Below the pieces are notes generated by a model. The model worked only from the letters and a program-made list of their open reading frames with translations. It searched no databases and had not been told where the DNA came from. DNA of 64,000 nt, taken from NCBI GenBank assembly GCA_038060895.1, contig JBBTCT010000001.1:96001-160000 (forward strand). The letters run 5' to 3'. The DNA comes from Planctomycetota bacterium. Its GTDB lineage: Bacteria > Planctomycetota > MHYJ01 > WSZJ01. Each line of letters begins with the position of its first letter. The stretch's first letter is position 1. The position numbers were made by a program, and so were the translations under genes. Of the stretch, positions 45,049 to 55,111 are shown piece by piece.

Positions 45049-45795
45049 ATGGCACCGCAAACGACGACGAAGCGCTTTCCCGGCAGGACCGCTCCCCAGG
45101 CGGCGGCAGGAGCGTCGCCTTCCACCGTGCTGTCCCTCGCGGTGGTGATCCCGGCGCTGAATGAAGAAGCCCGGATCGATGCCGCGGTTGCCTCCGCGTG
45201 GGCGGCCGGCGCGTACGAAGTCGTGGTCGCCGACGGCGGCTCGACGGACGGGACGCGCGAGCGAGCCGCGGCGGTCGCGCGGGTCATCGCTTCTCCTCAG
45301 GGGCGCGCGGCCCAGATGAACTCGGGCGCCGCCGCCACGAAGTCCGACGTCGTCCTGTTTCTGCACGCCGACTCCCGCCTTCCGCGCGACGCCGCAGCGC
45401 TGGTGCGAAGCGTCCTCGCCGACCCGCTCGTCCGCGCCGGTGCGTTCCGCATGCGCTTCGACGCCCCGGGGTTCTATTTCAGATTCATCACGGCGCTCTC
45501 CCACGCCCGCGCCTGGTGGTGGGGAATCACGCTGGGCGACCAGGCGATCTTCGCCCGGCGGGAACTGTTCCGGAGCCTGGACGGCTTCCGGGACCTCCCC
45601 ATCCTCGAGGACCTCGACTTCGCCGACCGCGCCCGGCGCGCGGCGAGATTTCGCGTCCTCAAGGCCGAAGTCCTGACAAGCGCGCGACGATGGGAACTCC
45701 GCGGGCGGCTTCGCACCAGCGTTTCGAACTGGGCTATCCTGTTCCTGTACAAGCTGGGGATGCGCCCTGAAGCGCTGGCGGGCTTGTATCGATGA
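45049..45795 (+). CDS. GT2 glycosyltransferase, TIGR04283-like (start may be 45127)
   Basis: VIPALNEE, DGGSTDGT, GRAAQMNSGA, LFLHAD, GDQAIF, EDLDF, TSARRW. Confidence 0.85.
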   Translation: MAPQTTTKRFPGRTAPQAAAGASPSTVLSLAVVIPALNEEARIDAAVASAWAAGAYEVVVADGGSTDGTRERAAAVARVIASPQGRAAQMNSGAAATKSDVVLFLHADSRLPRDAAALVRSVLADPLVRAGAFRMRFDAPGFYFRFITALSHARAWWWGITLGDQAIFARRELFRSLDGFRDLPILEDLDFADRARRAARFRVLKAEVLTSARRWELRGRLRTSVSNWAILFLYKLGMRPEALAGLYR

Positions 45796-45832
45796 AGCGC
45801 TTCCAGGGCGAACTGAATCCGGAGGATCGAGG

Positions 45833-46642
45833 ATGAAGAAGCTGAAGATCACCCTCTGTGCCGTGGCGATCCTTGCCGCCGGCGCCCTGGCCTTCTGGAA
45901 ACTTCGCCCGGCCGAGAAGGTTCCCGTCAAGCTGACGGACAAGGAGCTGACGAAGGACGAGGCCTTTCCTCATACGCTGTGGACCAAGGTCCTCAAAAAG
46001 CACAGCAAGGACGGTTACCTCCGTTACAAGGCGGTGAAGGACGATCCCGCCGACCTCGACGCGTACCTCGGTTACGTGGCCAAGTTCTCGCCGGAGTCGA
46101 AGCCCGAGACCTTCCCGAAACGCGAGGACAGGTTCGCGTACGCGATCAATGCCTACAACGCCTACGTCGTCAAAGGCGTGATCGATCACTACCCGTGCGA
46201 GTCCGTGATGAAGATCGGCTCGATCCCCGACGACTTCTTCAGCCAGTTCGAGTACCCCTTCGGCGGCAAGTCCTACACGCTGAAGGCCTGGGAAAACAAG
46301 GCCCGCGAAGAATTCGGCGATCCTCGCATCCACTTCGCCGTCAACTGCGCTTCCATCGGCTGCCCGCGCCTTCCGGACGAAGCGTTCGAGCCGGGGCGCC
46401 TCGAGGAGCAGCTGGCCCGCGAGACGCAGAAGTTCGTGAACGAGGAACGAAACGTGAAAGCCGAGGACGGCAAGGTAAAGCTCTCGAGTATTTTCAAGTG
46501 GTACAAGGGCGACTTCACGAAGTGGCTGGAATCGAAGGGGAAGCCGCCGGACCTGCTTGTGTATCTCAAGGAGTGCGGGCGCGACGTGACGGGAGAGATC
46601 GAATTCCTGCCGTACGACTGGGGAATCAACGACCTGAAGTAG
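45833..46642 (+). CDS. DUF547 domain protein
   Basis: AYAINAYNA, DPRIHFAVNCASIGCP, LSSIFKWY..DF, YDWGIND. Confidence 0.9.
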   Translation: MKKLKITLCAVAILAAGALAFWKLRPAEKVPVKLTDKELTKDEAFPHTLWTKVLKKHSKDGYLRYKAVKDDPADLDAYLGYVAKFSPESKPETFPKREDRFAYAINAYNAYVVKGVIDHYPCESVMKIGSIPDDFFSQFEYPFGGKSYTLKAWENKAREEFGDPRIHFAVNCASIGCPRLPDEAFEPGRLEEQLARETQKFVNEERNVKAEDGKVKLSSIFKWYKGDFTKWLESKGKPPDLLVYLKECGRDVTGEIEFLPYDWGINDLK

Positions 46643-47618
46643 CGCGTTCCGCCAGGCCCGCCGGCGCCGCCGCAAGCCCTGCCCTCTCGCGTCCTCCCGG
46701 TGTAATCTTCCACCTCCGGTGCATCCACTGCCACTGCTCCGGGGCCTTGCGGATGTGTTTCTCCAGCGCCGCGGTCGTCTCGCGCGTCAGCCGCGCAACT
46801 TCCTGGTCCCGGGGCGCAGCCAGGTCGGGACGGATTGGCTCGTCGAAGTAAAGCGTGTACCGGAAAGCTCTCCCTTCCCGAAGGCACGCGAAGGGGACCA
46901 TCGGCGCCCCTGTCGCGCAGGACAGCAGCGCGGGAGTCGTGACCGTCAGGATGTCCCGCCCGAAAAACGGCACCAGCATCCCCGTATCGCGCGGGTTGCG
47001 ATCCGTCAGGAGAGCGACAATCGACCCGGTGCGCAGCGCGCGGATGAGCCCGCGGAACGCGCCGTTCATGGCAACCGTGGTGTGGCCGCGCAACTGCCGC
47101 TCGCGTTCCATCCTCTCGTGCAGGCGCGCGTTGCGGGAGCGGTGCGCGATGCTCGTCAGCTTCAAATCGTTGCGCCCGGCCCACTGCGCCCCCAGCTCCC
47201 AGTTCCCCAGGTGTCCCGAAACGAAGATCAGGCCCTTCCCTTCTCGCGCCGCCTTGAGTACCGGCCTCTCTCCCGAAATCTTCACGATCTCCGACCACCC
47301 GCGGCTCTTGGCGCTTCGCGGCGCCTTCAGCATTTCCGCGGCCATCTGTCCGAAGTGCTCGAAGCAGGCGACGGCGGTGCGCGCGGCCCAGGCCTCCGAC
47401 TTTGCAGGGAACGCGGCGCGGAGCTGTTCTTCGGCGCGGCGGCGGTAACGCGGAAGAGCCACGGCGGCAGCGCGCCCGGTCGCGCGTCCGAGTTCGAGCG
47501 CGGCGGCGAGGGGCAGCGCGTGCACCGGAAGAAGCGCGAAGTTGAGGACCTGCATCTCGACCGCGCGCGCGACGCTGCCGAGGAGGCCTTCACCGAAGCG
47601 GAAGATTTTGACGGTCAT
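46626..47618 (-). CDS. LpxL/HtrB-family acyltransferase, paralog 1
   Basis: SGHLGNWE, LTDR, VPFFGR, PEQWQWMHRRWK. Confidence 0.85.
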   Translation of the reverse strand: MTVKIFRFGEGLLGSVARAVEMQVLNFALLPVHALPLAAALELGRATGRAAAVALPRYRRRAEEQLRAAFPAKSEAWAARTAVACFEHFGQMAAEMLKAPRSAKSRGWSEIVKISGERPVLKAAREGKGLIFVSGHLGNWELGAQWAGRNDLKLTSIAHRSRNARLHERMERERQLRGHTTVAMNGAFRGLIRALRTGSIVALLTDRNPRDTGMLVPFFGRDILTVTTPALLSCATGAPMVPFACLREGRAFRYTLYFDEPIRPDLAAPRDQEVARLTRETTAALEKHIRKAPEQWQWMHRRWKITPGGRERAGLAAAPAGLAERATSGR

Positions 47619-47686
47619 TTCGAGCGTTTCATTCTAGAAGGAGGCTCCACTGGCGCGTACCCCAAGTTTTCCGGAGGAATTCGCGT

Positions 47687-48685
47687 TCATTTTCGGACGG
47701 CCTCCGGACCTGCCCGGGGCGCCTCCCAGGTTCTCCTGGTTCCGTCCGGCGTGCTGCGCCAGCGGCGATGGGCCCAGAGCCATTGCTCGGGCCGTTCCCG
47801 GATCGACCGTTCGAAAATCGCGGTGTACCAGGCGGAGATCGACTTGACGTCTGCGTCGAGGTTGCCCGTCCGTGCCGGTTCCGGATCAGAATGACAACCG
47901 AAGACGTACCGGAATGGCGCCTCGCGGTACGTGTAGAACGGGAGGAGGCGGCATCCGGTCTTGAGCGCAATGACCGCGGGGGTCGGCCACGTCGATGCAA
48001 GCCGGCCGAAGAACGGCACGAACACGCCGTCTCTTCCCGCATTCTGGTCGGACAAGATCACCCCGATCCGGCCGGCCCTCACGTCACGCATCAGTTCCCG
48101 CAGCCCGCCTCCCTGCTTGACGATTTTCCCGCCCGTCGCCCCGCGGGCGGAATTCAGGAATTCATCCACGAAGGGATTCCGGAACGGCCGCGCGATGCTC
48201 GTCAGCGGATAGCCCAGGAGGTTCATCACGATCCCCGCCAGCTCCCACGAGCCCTGGTGCGCGCCAACGAAAATCGCTCCCCTGCCGCTCTTCAGCGCCT
48301 CATCCAGGATCTCGCGCCCTTCGAGCCGCACATACTTCGGCCAGTTTTCCTTTGCGACCCGCCTCCGGAGCACCATGCCTTCGATGATGGAGGAGGCGAA
48401 GTGCTCGAACATGTGCCTCGTGATCTGGCGGGCTCGCCGGGGCTCGTATCCGGCGGCGACGAGGTGCTCGATTGCCCGGGGACGATGCCGGGCGTCTACG
48501 CGAAAGGCAATTCTTCCCGACAGCTTGGAAAGGCCTCGCAGCATCGGGTCGCCCATGCCGAGGAGAAGCGACACCGCGAGCCGGGGCCCTGCGTACTGGA
48601 GCCAGTACGCCGCGCGCACCAGGGGCGGCATGTCGTCCGGCCGGCTCCCGCGACGGGCCGGCGCGGCCTCAGGCGGTTGCGCCAT
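47687..48685 (-). CDS. LpxL/HtrB-family acyltransferase, paralog 2
   Basis: GAHQGSWE, LSDQ, VPFFGR, PEQWLWAHRRWR. Confidence 0.85.
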   Translation of the reverse strand: MAQPPEAAPARRGSRPDDMPPLVRAAYWLQYAGPRLAVSLLLGMGDPMLRGLSKLSGRIAFRVDARHRPRAIEHLVAAGYEPRRARQITRHMFEHFASSIIEGMVLRRRVAKENWPKYVRLEGREILDEALKSGRGAIFVGAHQGSWELAGIVMNLLGYPLTSIARPFRNPFVDEFLNSARGATGGKIVKQGGGLRELMRDVRAGRIGVILSDQNAGRDGVFVPFFGRLASTWPTPAVIALKTGCRLLPFYTYREAPFRYVFGCHSDPEPARTGNLDADVKSISAWYTAIFERSIRERPEQWLWAHRRWRSTPDGTRRTWEAPRAGPEAVRK

Positions 48686-49598
48686 CGGAGGCCACCGCCT
48701 CCCCGGGTTTCGTCTTCCACCGTCGGTGGATCCACATCCACTGTTCCGGCGCAGCCAGGATCCGCTTCTCCAGCGCCTCCGTCAGCCGCCGGGTCGCTTC
48801 CAGCACCGCCTCGGGCATGGGAAGCGTGCCGTCGGGGACGAACGGTTCTTCGATCTGGATGAGGCTCCGCCCGCCGGGGAGCCGCGTGACGGCAAACCCG
48901 ACGATGGGCGCGCCGGATTTGATCGAGAGCAGCGCGGGAGCCTTGATGGTCGAGGCGTCCTGTCCGAGGAATGGGACGAACACCCCGTGATGGCGCGCGT
49001 CCTGGTCCACGTAAAGCGTCAGGACCCCGCCGTCGCGAAGCGCCTGGAGTCCTTCCTTCATGGCGCCGGCGCGCCAGATCACGCGGGTCCCGACTTGTTT
49101 CCAGAAGTCCTCGAAACCGCGATTCATGAGCGGGTTGTCCATCGCACGGCGAACGACGTTGACGTTGTAGCCGCGCGCCGCCATGGCGACGTTGAAGACT
49201 TCCCAGTCGCCGAAATGTCCGCTGACGGCGATGACGCCGCGGCCCATCGCACGCGCGCGCTCGAGGCGGTCGAGCCCTTCGACTTCGATTCGCTTGTCCC
49301 AGCTGCCGCGTGCCCGGTCGCGCGGGATGCGCACGGTCCGGATAATCGTCTCCATCAGGTGGTAGAAAGATCCCTCGGCGACGTCCTTTCCGCGACGCCC
49401 GAGAACCCGGGTCGCTTCCTTCTTCGCAATCGCTCCGCGCTTCCGCATCACGGACCATAGCAGGCCCGACAGGACGCGCCCCATTCCGAGGGCGAGCGCT
49501 TCGGGGAGCAGCAGCGTTGCATACTGGCCGCCGCGTCCGAGCCAGTACTGCAGGCGCCAGGCGGCCGACATGAAGACGCCGCCGGAGTGCGAGTTCAT
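48669..49598 (-). CDS. LpxL/HtrB-family acyltransferase, paralog 3
   Basis: SGHFGDWE, YVDQ, VPFLGQ, PEQWMWIHRRWK. Confidence 0.85.
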   Translation of the reverse strand: MNSHSGGVFMSAAWRLQYWLGRGGQYATLLLPEALALGMGRVLSGLLWSVMRKRGAIAKKEATRVLGRRGKDVAEGSFYHLMETIIRTVRIPRDRARGSWDKRIEVEGLDRLERARAMGRGVIAVSGHFGDWEVFNVAMAARGYNVNVVRRAMDNPLMNRGFEDFWKQVGTRVIWRAGAMKEGLQALRDGGVLTLYVDQDARHHGVFVPFLGQDASTIKAPALLSIKSGAPIVGFAVTRLPGGRSLIQIEEPFVPDGTLPMPEAVLEATRRLTEALEKRILAAPEQWMWIHRRWKTKPGEAVASDGATA

Positions 49599-49653
49599 GC
49601 GGACAGGATACACCTTGCGAGGCCCGCGACCTAGACGGACCCGTCGGCGACGG

Positions 49654-50553
49654 TCACGCGGTCCGCGGCCGCCACCGCCGGTGCATCCAGAGCCACTGTC
49701 CCGGCGTCTCGCGGATGTGCTCTTCGAGCTTCCCGGCCATGCGCTCCGTCGCACGGCGCACCGCTTCTTCAGGCTCCCCCGAAGGATCGGCCAGGAACAA
49801 CGGGTCGAACACCAGGCGGATGCGCCCGTCGGGCAGCCTCGGCGCGGCGAAGGTCACGATCGGCGCGCCGTACCGGACGGAAAGGACCGCGGGAGTCCGG
49901 TACGTCGCCGCGAGGCGCCCGAACCACGGCACTTCAATCGAGTCCTGCCGGGCGTACTGGTCGGCGAGAATCGCGAGGAGCTCGTTTCTGCGAAGTGCCC
50001 TCAGTGCGTCGCGCATGGCGCCCTTCTTGTCGATCGTCGCCTGGCCGGTCGCCCGGCGGAACGACTCGAGCTTCCGGCGGATGAACGGGTTGCGCGGCGG
50101 CTTGATGACCGTGTTGACCTTGTATCCCTGAAGCGACATTCCCCACCCGGCCGCCTCCCAGTTGCCGAGGTGGGCGCCGACGACGATGACGCCTTTGCCC
50201 AGTTTCAGCGCCGCATCGACGTGCTCGAGCCCCTCGAACACGATCGCCTTCCGCCACCGTTCGCCGCCGAAAATCCGGTGGGCGCGCACCATTTCAACCA
50301 TGACTTCCCCGAAGTGCCGGAATGAAGCGCGGGCCGCCTGCGCGCCGGAGGGACCGAGGGCTGCCACGGCATTGTCGCGTGCCGTGCGGTTCCGCCCGCG
50401 GAGCACGAGCCGGGCGCAGGAGCCAAGGAAGCGTCCGCAGGCCCGGGCCAGCCCCTCGGGCAGGATGAGAACCCCGGCGCGCGCCACGAGGAAGAAGACG
50501 TAAACGAGCAGCGAAACGGGCGTGCCGAGGACGGGGTGGTCTTCGAGCTTCAC
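49654..50553 (-). CDS. LpxL/HtrB-family acyltransferase, paralog 4
   Basis: GAHLGNWE, LADQ, VPWFGR, PGQWLWMHRRWR. Confidence 0.85.
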   Translation of the reverse strand: MKLEDHPVLGTPVSLLVYVFFLVARAGVLILPEGLARACGRFLGSCARLVLRGRNRTARDNAVAALGPSGAQAARASFRHFGEVMVEMVRAHRIFGGERWRKAIVFEGLEHVDAALKLGKGVIVVGAHLGNWEAAGWGMSLQGYKVNTVIKPPRNPFIRRKLESFRRATGQATIDKKGAMRDALRALRRNELLAILADQYARQDSIEVPWFGRLAATYRTPAVLSVRYGAPIVTFAAPRLPDGRIRLVFDPLFLADPSGEPEEAVRRATERMAGKLEEHIRETPGQWLWMHRRWRPRTA

Positions 50554-50586
50554 GGCAAGACGATAGAGCGAAGCGGTTGGAGCGGG

Positions 50587-52107
50587 CTACTTCTTCCGAA
50601 TCTTGAACCCGTTGACCTGCCACGCCAGCTGCGGATCCAGGGGATCCAGTTCGAGCGCCAGCTTCTTCAGCTTGTCGCCCTTCTCCTTCTCCCCCTTGTC
50701 GATCCACGCTGCGCCGAGGTGCAGATAGAAGTACGGGTTCATCGGGTCCAGCTCGCAGGCCTTGTCGATCATCTTGATGGCCTCGTCCGTCTCGTTGTTG
50801 TTCATGAGCCACTGGCCGTAGTCGTCGTAAGTCAGCGGGTTCTGAGTCCCCTTTTCGACCGCCGTCTTGTAATAGCGCCCCGCCTTGATCCGCAGCCCCC
50901 ACCGCTCCGCCCACCCCGCCGCATCCTCGTACCCGCGGTGCGAAACGAGCTTCAGCGTCTTCACGTAGTCGTACCACTCCTTCTCCAGCGCCTTCATGTC
51001 CTTGATGCCGAGGTACTGCTTCAGCAGCCGGATCACCTCGTCCGGCTCGCACATCACCATGTCCCCCTGGTACGGGACCCGCTTGACGTTCTTGTCCGTC
51101 GAGAGCGCGACGTAGAACTTCTGGAAGGGCGCGCTGTACTTCTTCGACTCCATGAGCATGTGCACGAACGACCAGCCCCACGCGTACTGAAGCGCGCTGA
51201 ACTCCTGCATCCGGATCATTTCCTCGAGCCCCTGCCACTCGTCTCCGGACATCGCGTCCAGCAGCACGACGAGTCGCCCCTCCTGGATGTTCCCGACGGT
51301 CATCTTCTTCGCCTTCGCGTCCCAGGTGCTCGAGCCGTAGTACTCGGCCAGGGACTCGTTCACCCACGCCGGATAGTCGAATTTCGGGTTCAGCAGGTGC
51401 GTCAGGTAATGGTTTGTCTCGTGGAACATCACGTCCAGCGTCAGGCGTTCGTCGTTCCGGTCGTAGTAGAAATTCAGATCCAGCGGCGGGACAAACCGGA
51501 AGTACCCGATGGCCCCGCGCGGCGCGCCGCTCACCTGGTAGTACAACTCGTCGTCGTGGTAGAAGCAGACGGGCAGCTTCGGCGTCTTCGCGTCCGTCTT
51601 GATCCCCCACTTCTTCGTGAATTCATTGAAGTAGGTCTCCATCAACTCCTGGTACTCCTTGCACTTCGACTGGGGGATCGTGTATTCGAACTTGAAGTGC
51701 GCCGTTTCCGTGATGTACCGGTCGCGCCACTCCTGGTGCTTCTTCGCTTCGTCCATCGCCTTTTTCGCGTCGTCCGACCTCTTCTTGACCGTCTTGTCGC
51801 GGTCCGCTTTCGAGACCCACTTCCCCTCGAACGGCACCAGCCCCTTTTCCACCTTCGCCTTCTCCTCGTCGTTCTGCGGCACGTAGTTGCCGCTCGAGTC
51901 GGAGAGCTGGGCAAGCACGACGAGATCCTTCTTCACGAAGATCTCGCCGCTCGAATAGATGATCTTGTACCCGCCTTCGGCCGCTTCGATCTTCGTCGCC
52001 TCGACGAATCGCCCGTCCTTGAACTGCAGGGTGTCTGCGGACGCGGGGGAAACGAAGGCCGCTGCGAGTGCGGCGGGGAGCAGGAATCGAAGGGGGTTCA
52101 TCGGCAT
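50587..52107 (-). CDS. Secreted zincin-like (DUF1570/peptidase MA-like) protein with C-terminal TPR
   Basis: Signal peptide; HETNH...PAWVNESLAEY; YAWGWSFVH; TPR tail. Confidence 0.7.
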   Translation of the reverse strand: MPMNPLRFLLPAALAAAFVSPASADTLQFKDGRFVEATKIEAAEGGYKIIYSSGEIFVKKDLVVLAQLSDSSGNYVPQNDEEKAKVEKGLVPFEGKWVSKADRDKTVKKRSDDAKKAMDEAKKHQEWRDRYITETAHFKFEYTIPQSKCKEYQELMETYFNEFTKKWGIKTDAKTPKLPVCFYHDDELYYQVSGAPRGAIGYFRFVPPLDLNFYYDRNDERLTLDVMFHETNHYLTHLLNPKFDYPAWVNESLAEYYGSSTWDAKAKKMTVGNIQEGRLVVLLDAMSGDEWQGLEEMIRMQEFSALQYAWGWSFVHMLMESKKYSAPFQKFYVALSTDKNVKRVPYQGDMVMCEPDEVIRLLKQYLGIKDMKALEKEWYDYVKTLKLVSHRGYEDAAGWAERWGLRIKAGRYYKTAVEKGTQNPLTYDDYGQWLMNNNETDEAIKMIDKACELDPMNPYFYLHLGAAWIDKGEKEKGDKLKKLALELDPLDPQLAWQVNGFKIRKK

Positions 52108-52174
52108 CCTCGAGAAAACGAGCCGCCCGGGCGGCCTCGAAGGGCTCCCGGGCGGCGGTTGAGTGCGGTCACGG

Positions 52175-53818
52175 CTACTTTGCGAACTTCTCCCAGTTGG
52201 ACTGCAGTCCGGCCCAATCGGCGTCCGTCCAGCTGCCGAACACGGCCTTGAAAATCTGCTCGTTGAACTCCTTTTCCTTCGCCGACCAGTCCTGCTTCTT
52301 GCGCTTCTTGAATTCTTCTTCCTCTTCCTCTTCCGTCTTGGCGCCTCCAGCCGCCTTGACGGCATCGCGCGCGGCCTTTTCGTTCTCCTGCATGACGGCG
52401 AGGAGGTTCTTGAGGTAGTCCTTGATCATCGTCGAATGCTTCTTGACGCCCCGGCCCGGTCCCATGAGGTAGCGGATGAGCGACGCGCACTGCGCGTAGA
52501 GGTACTGGCCGTCCTCGCCGCCGAACATGTCCTTCTGGGTCACGTTCAGCAGGTCGCGGATCGTCTTGAACTTGCCCTTTTTCGCGCCATCGTTCATCCG
52601 GGTCTTCTCGGAGTCGTCCGGCCCGAACTGGAGCTGGCCCCCCTTGAGGACCGCCGTCCCGATGTACCCGCGAAGGCCGTTCTCGAGCCACGTCGGCAGT
52701 GCGGAGTAAAGTTCGCTGTTCTTGTCGTAGAAGAAGAAGTTCATCACGCCGCGCCCGAGGTACTGGAACTCGTACGGGTTCAGGCCGTCCTTGCTCTCGC
52801 TGGTGATCAGCTCGCGCGAGTCGTTCGACCAGGAATCCCCCGAGCTGCTGCCGAACGCGCGCTCCTCGTCCCGGTCCTTGCAGATCCGCAGGATGCAGCC
52901 CTGCACATACCCCGGCCCGATGTCGCCGAACTCCTTGTCGAGCCATGTCCGCACCGCCTCGGCGTGCGCGATCACCTTGTCCTGGTACTTCGTGCCGGCG
53001 TGGTTCAAGACCAGGAAATGCGCCGTGCGCTTCGTCGTCCAGTCCTTCGGCAGGTCCGCGATCGCCTTCTTGAACATCATCTCTTCGACCTCGAGCCGGC
53101 GCTTCTTCTGCTGCTCAGGCGTCTCGTTCGGGTCGACGACCTTGATCTTCGGGCCGCCGCCGACGTTCTCCTTCTTGGCGTTCGGGTCGCGCGCGATGAG
53201 CTTGAAGCTCTTGAACGAATTCATGACCGTCGTCTGGAGCTTGTCGACGAACTGCTCGAGCACTTCGCACTCGATCGCCAGGTCGCCCCACTCGGCCTTG
53301 TAAATCCAGCAGTAGATCCGCTTCTTCCCGGTCACCACCAGTTTCTCGATCTTTACCTCCAGCATCTTGACCGGCGTCTCACCGATCTTGATGTCCTTCT
53401 CGGCGGAGATGTAGAAGCCGCCGTCGCGGAAGTTGCGCTTGAGGTAGTCCTTGTAATCCACGTACGGGCGCGAGAGGTCGATCACGTCGCCCGGCTTCAC
53501 CGTTCCGCCGCCCGCTTCGCCGCCGCCGGAGTCGGCATCGCCGCCGCCGGGATTGACCACGGCCTTGTCGAAGATGATCACCCGCATGAGCGGGTTGTGC
53601 GTGTACCCGGATTCCTTGTCGTCGTACTTCCGGTCGCACAGCCATTTCGTGGCGATCCACTTCTCCTCCACCTGGATCGGCACCTGCGTCCAGTCCTTCG
53701 GCGGCTGGAACTGGAAGCCATTCCCCTTGTCGACGCACAGCCCCTGGGAAAAGGCGGAAATCTGGGCACCCAGGGCAAGGACGGGAACGAGCGCGAGCGC
53801 GCGGCGAAGAGCGGTCAT
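52175..53818 (-). CDS. Secreted DUF1570-like protein lacking HEXXH
   Basis: Signal peptide; TAHFLV, PTWLENGL, YAQCASLIRYL; no HEXXH. Confidence 0.6.
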   Translation of the reverse strand: MTALRRALALVPVLALGAQISAFSQGLCVDKGNGFQFQPPKDWTQVPIQVEEKWIATKWLCDRKYDDKESGYTHNPLMRVIIFDKAVVNPGGGDADSGGGEAGGGTVKPGDVIDLSRPYVDYKDYLKRNFRDGGFYISAEKDIKIGETPVKMLEVKIEKLVVTGKKRIYCWIYKAEWGDLAIECEVLEQFVDKLQTTVMNSFKSFKLIARDPNAKKENVGGGPKIKVVDPNETPEQQKKRRLEVEEMMFKKAIADLPKDWTTKRTAHFLVLNHAGTKYQDKVIAHAEAVRTWLDKEFGDIGPGYVQGCILRICKDRDEERAFGSSSGDSWSNDSRELITSESKDGLNPYEFQYLGRGVMNFFFYDKNSELYSALPTWLENGLRGYIGTAVLKGGQLQFGPDDSEKTRMNDGAKKGKFKTIRDLLNVTQKDMFGGEDGQYLYAQCASLIRYLMGPGRGVKKHSTMIKDYLKNLLAVMQENEKAARDAVKAAGGAKTEEEEEEEFKKRKKQDWSAKEKEFNEQIFKAVFGSWTDADWAGLQSNWEKFAK

Positions 53819-53971
53819 AACCGGAAGCCTCGAGTGGGGGCTGAATGTGCAGCCCGTTTGGGGTGGGGTCGGGAACGCTGCCGTCCCTCGGGAAACAGCG
53901 TCTCTGTCCGGTACATTAGACGCTGGTCGGGGCAAAATGTTTCCGGATTTCTGAAGAATGTTGCACGCGAA

Positions 53972-54907
53972 CTAACTCGTTGTCGCTTCGCCGGTTGCGG
54001 CGGGCATTCCCTTGCGCTGGGTCTTCCAGCGCCGATGCACCCAGAGCCACTGCTCCGGGAATCGCCGGATCCAGTCCTCAATCGTCTTTGTGAAGCGAGC
54101 CGTCGATTTCTCCAGGTCCGCTTCCTGGTCCACCGATCCCTGCGCGACGAACCCTTCGCCGATTTCGACGAGGAACTTCCCGTCACGCTGACGCATCGCC
54201 GCGAAAGGCACGATCGGCGCCCCCGTGCGGTGCGACAGGAGCGCGGGCGATTTCAGCGTCGAGGCTTCGCGCCCGAAGAACGGAACGAACACGCCCTGGT
54301 CGCGCGCATCCTGGTCCACCAGCATCGCGAGCACTTCCCCGCGCCTCAGCACGTGAATCGCCTCGCGCAGCCCGCCCCACTTCTCGATGACATGGATTCC
54401 CGCACTCGCGCGGGCGTCGTTCAGCAGCTCCTGGACACCGGGATTCTCGATCGGCCTCAGGAGCCACGTCGGCGGGTGCCCCAGGTGGCCGAGCACGACC
54501 GCGCCGATTTCCCAGTTCCCAAGGTGCGCACTCACCGCGATCACTCCCTTGCCCAGCGCCCGCGCAGCCCGGAGATTTTCTTCGCCCACCACGGTGACGC
54601 GGCGGCGGAAGCGGGCGCGGGAGAACATCGAGGTGATCTGCATGCACTCGAAGAGGATCTGGCCGAACTCGAGGACCGATTCTGCGGCGATCCGGCCGCC
54701 GCCGGGGCCGAGGGCCAGCTCCGCCTGGTCCGCTGCAAACTTGAGCTTTCCCTTCACGATCGCGGCGGCCAGGCGACCGAGCCAGCGGCCGCCGGAGCGG
54801 GTGAGGGGCTGGGGAAGGAACTCGATGAAGTCGCGCAACCGGTCGGCGATTCCGGTGACGAACTGGTTGAAGACGGGGCCCCAGACGGGGTCGCGCTCGA
54901 GTTTCAC
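53972..54907 (-). CDS. LpxL/HtrB-family acyltransferase, paralog 5
   Basis: SAHLGNWE, LVDQ, VPFFGR, PEQWLWVHRRWK; GTG start VKLE...PV, like paralog 4. Confidence 0.85.
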   Translation of the reverse strand: MKLERDPVWGPVFNQFVTGIADRLRDFIEFLPQPLTRSGGRWLGRLAAAIVKGKLKFAADQAELALGPGGGRIAAESVLEFGQILFECMQITSMFSRARFRRRVTVVGEENLRAARALGKGVIAVSAHLGNWEIGAVVLGHLGHPPTWLLRPIENPGVQELLNDARASAGIHVIEKWGGLREAIHVLRRGEVLAMLVDQDARDQGVFVPFFGREASTLKSPALLSHRTGAPIVPFAAMRQRDGKFLVEIGEGFVAQGSVDQEADLEKSTARFTKTIEDWIRRFPEQWLWVHRRWKTQRKGMPAATGEATTS

Positions 54908-54932
54908 GCTGGAAAGGGTAACCGAGGGGTGG

Positions 54933-55111
54933 GGAAAACGGCAGGGGATGGGGTGAAGGCGGGTATGGGATCGGGGGGGCTGGGGCTTGGGATGGGGATG
55001 AGGCAGCGAAGCACCCACGATTGCGTTCGGTGCTTCGCTGCCCGATCCCCATCCCGATCCCTATCCCCCCCCATCCCCATCCCGCTTTTTCCCCATCCCC
55101 TGCCGTTTTCC
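54933..55111. repeat. G-rich palindromic (MITE/REP-like) element, copy 2
   Basis: Perfect 21-bp terminal inverted repeats GGAAAACGGCAGGGGATGGGG (54933-54953 and 55091-55111); central GCAGCGAAGCACC/GGTGCTTCGCTGC stem. Confidence 0.85.
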
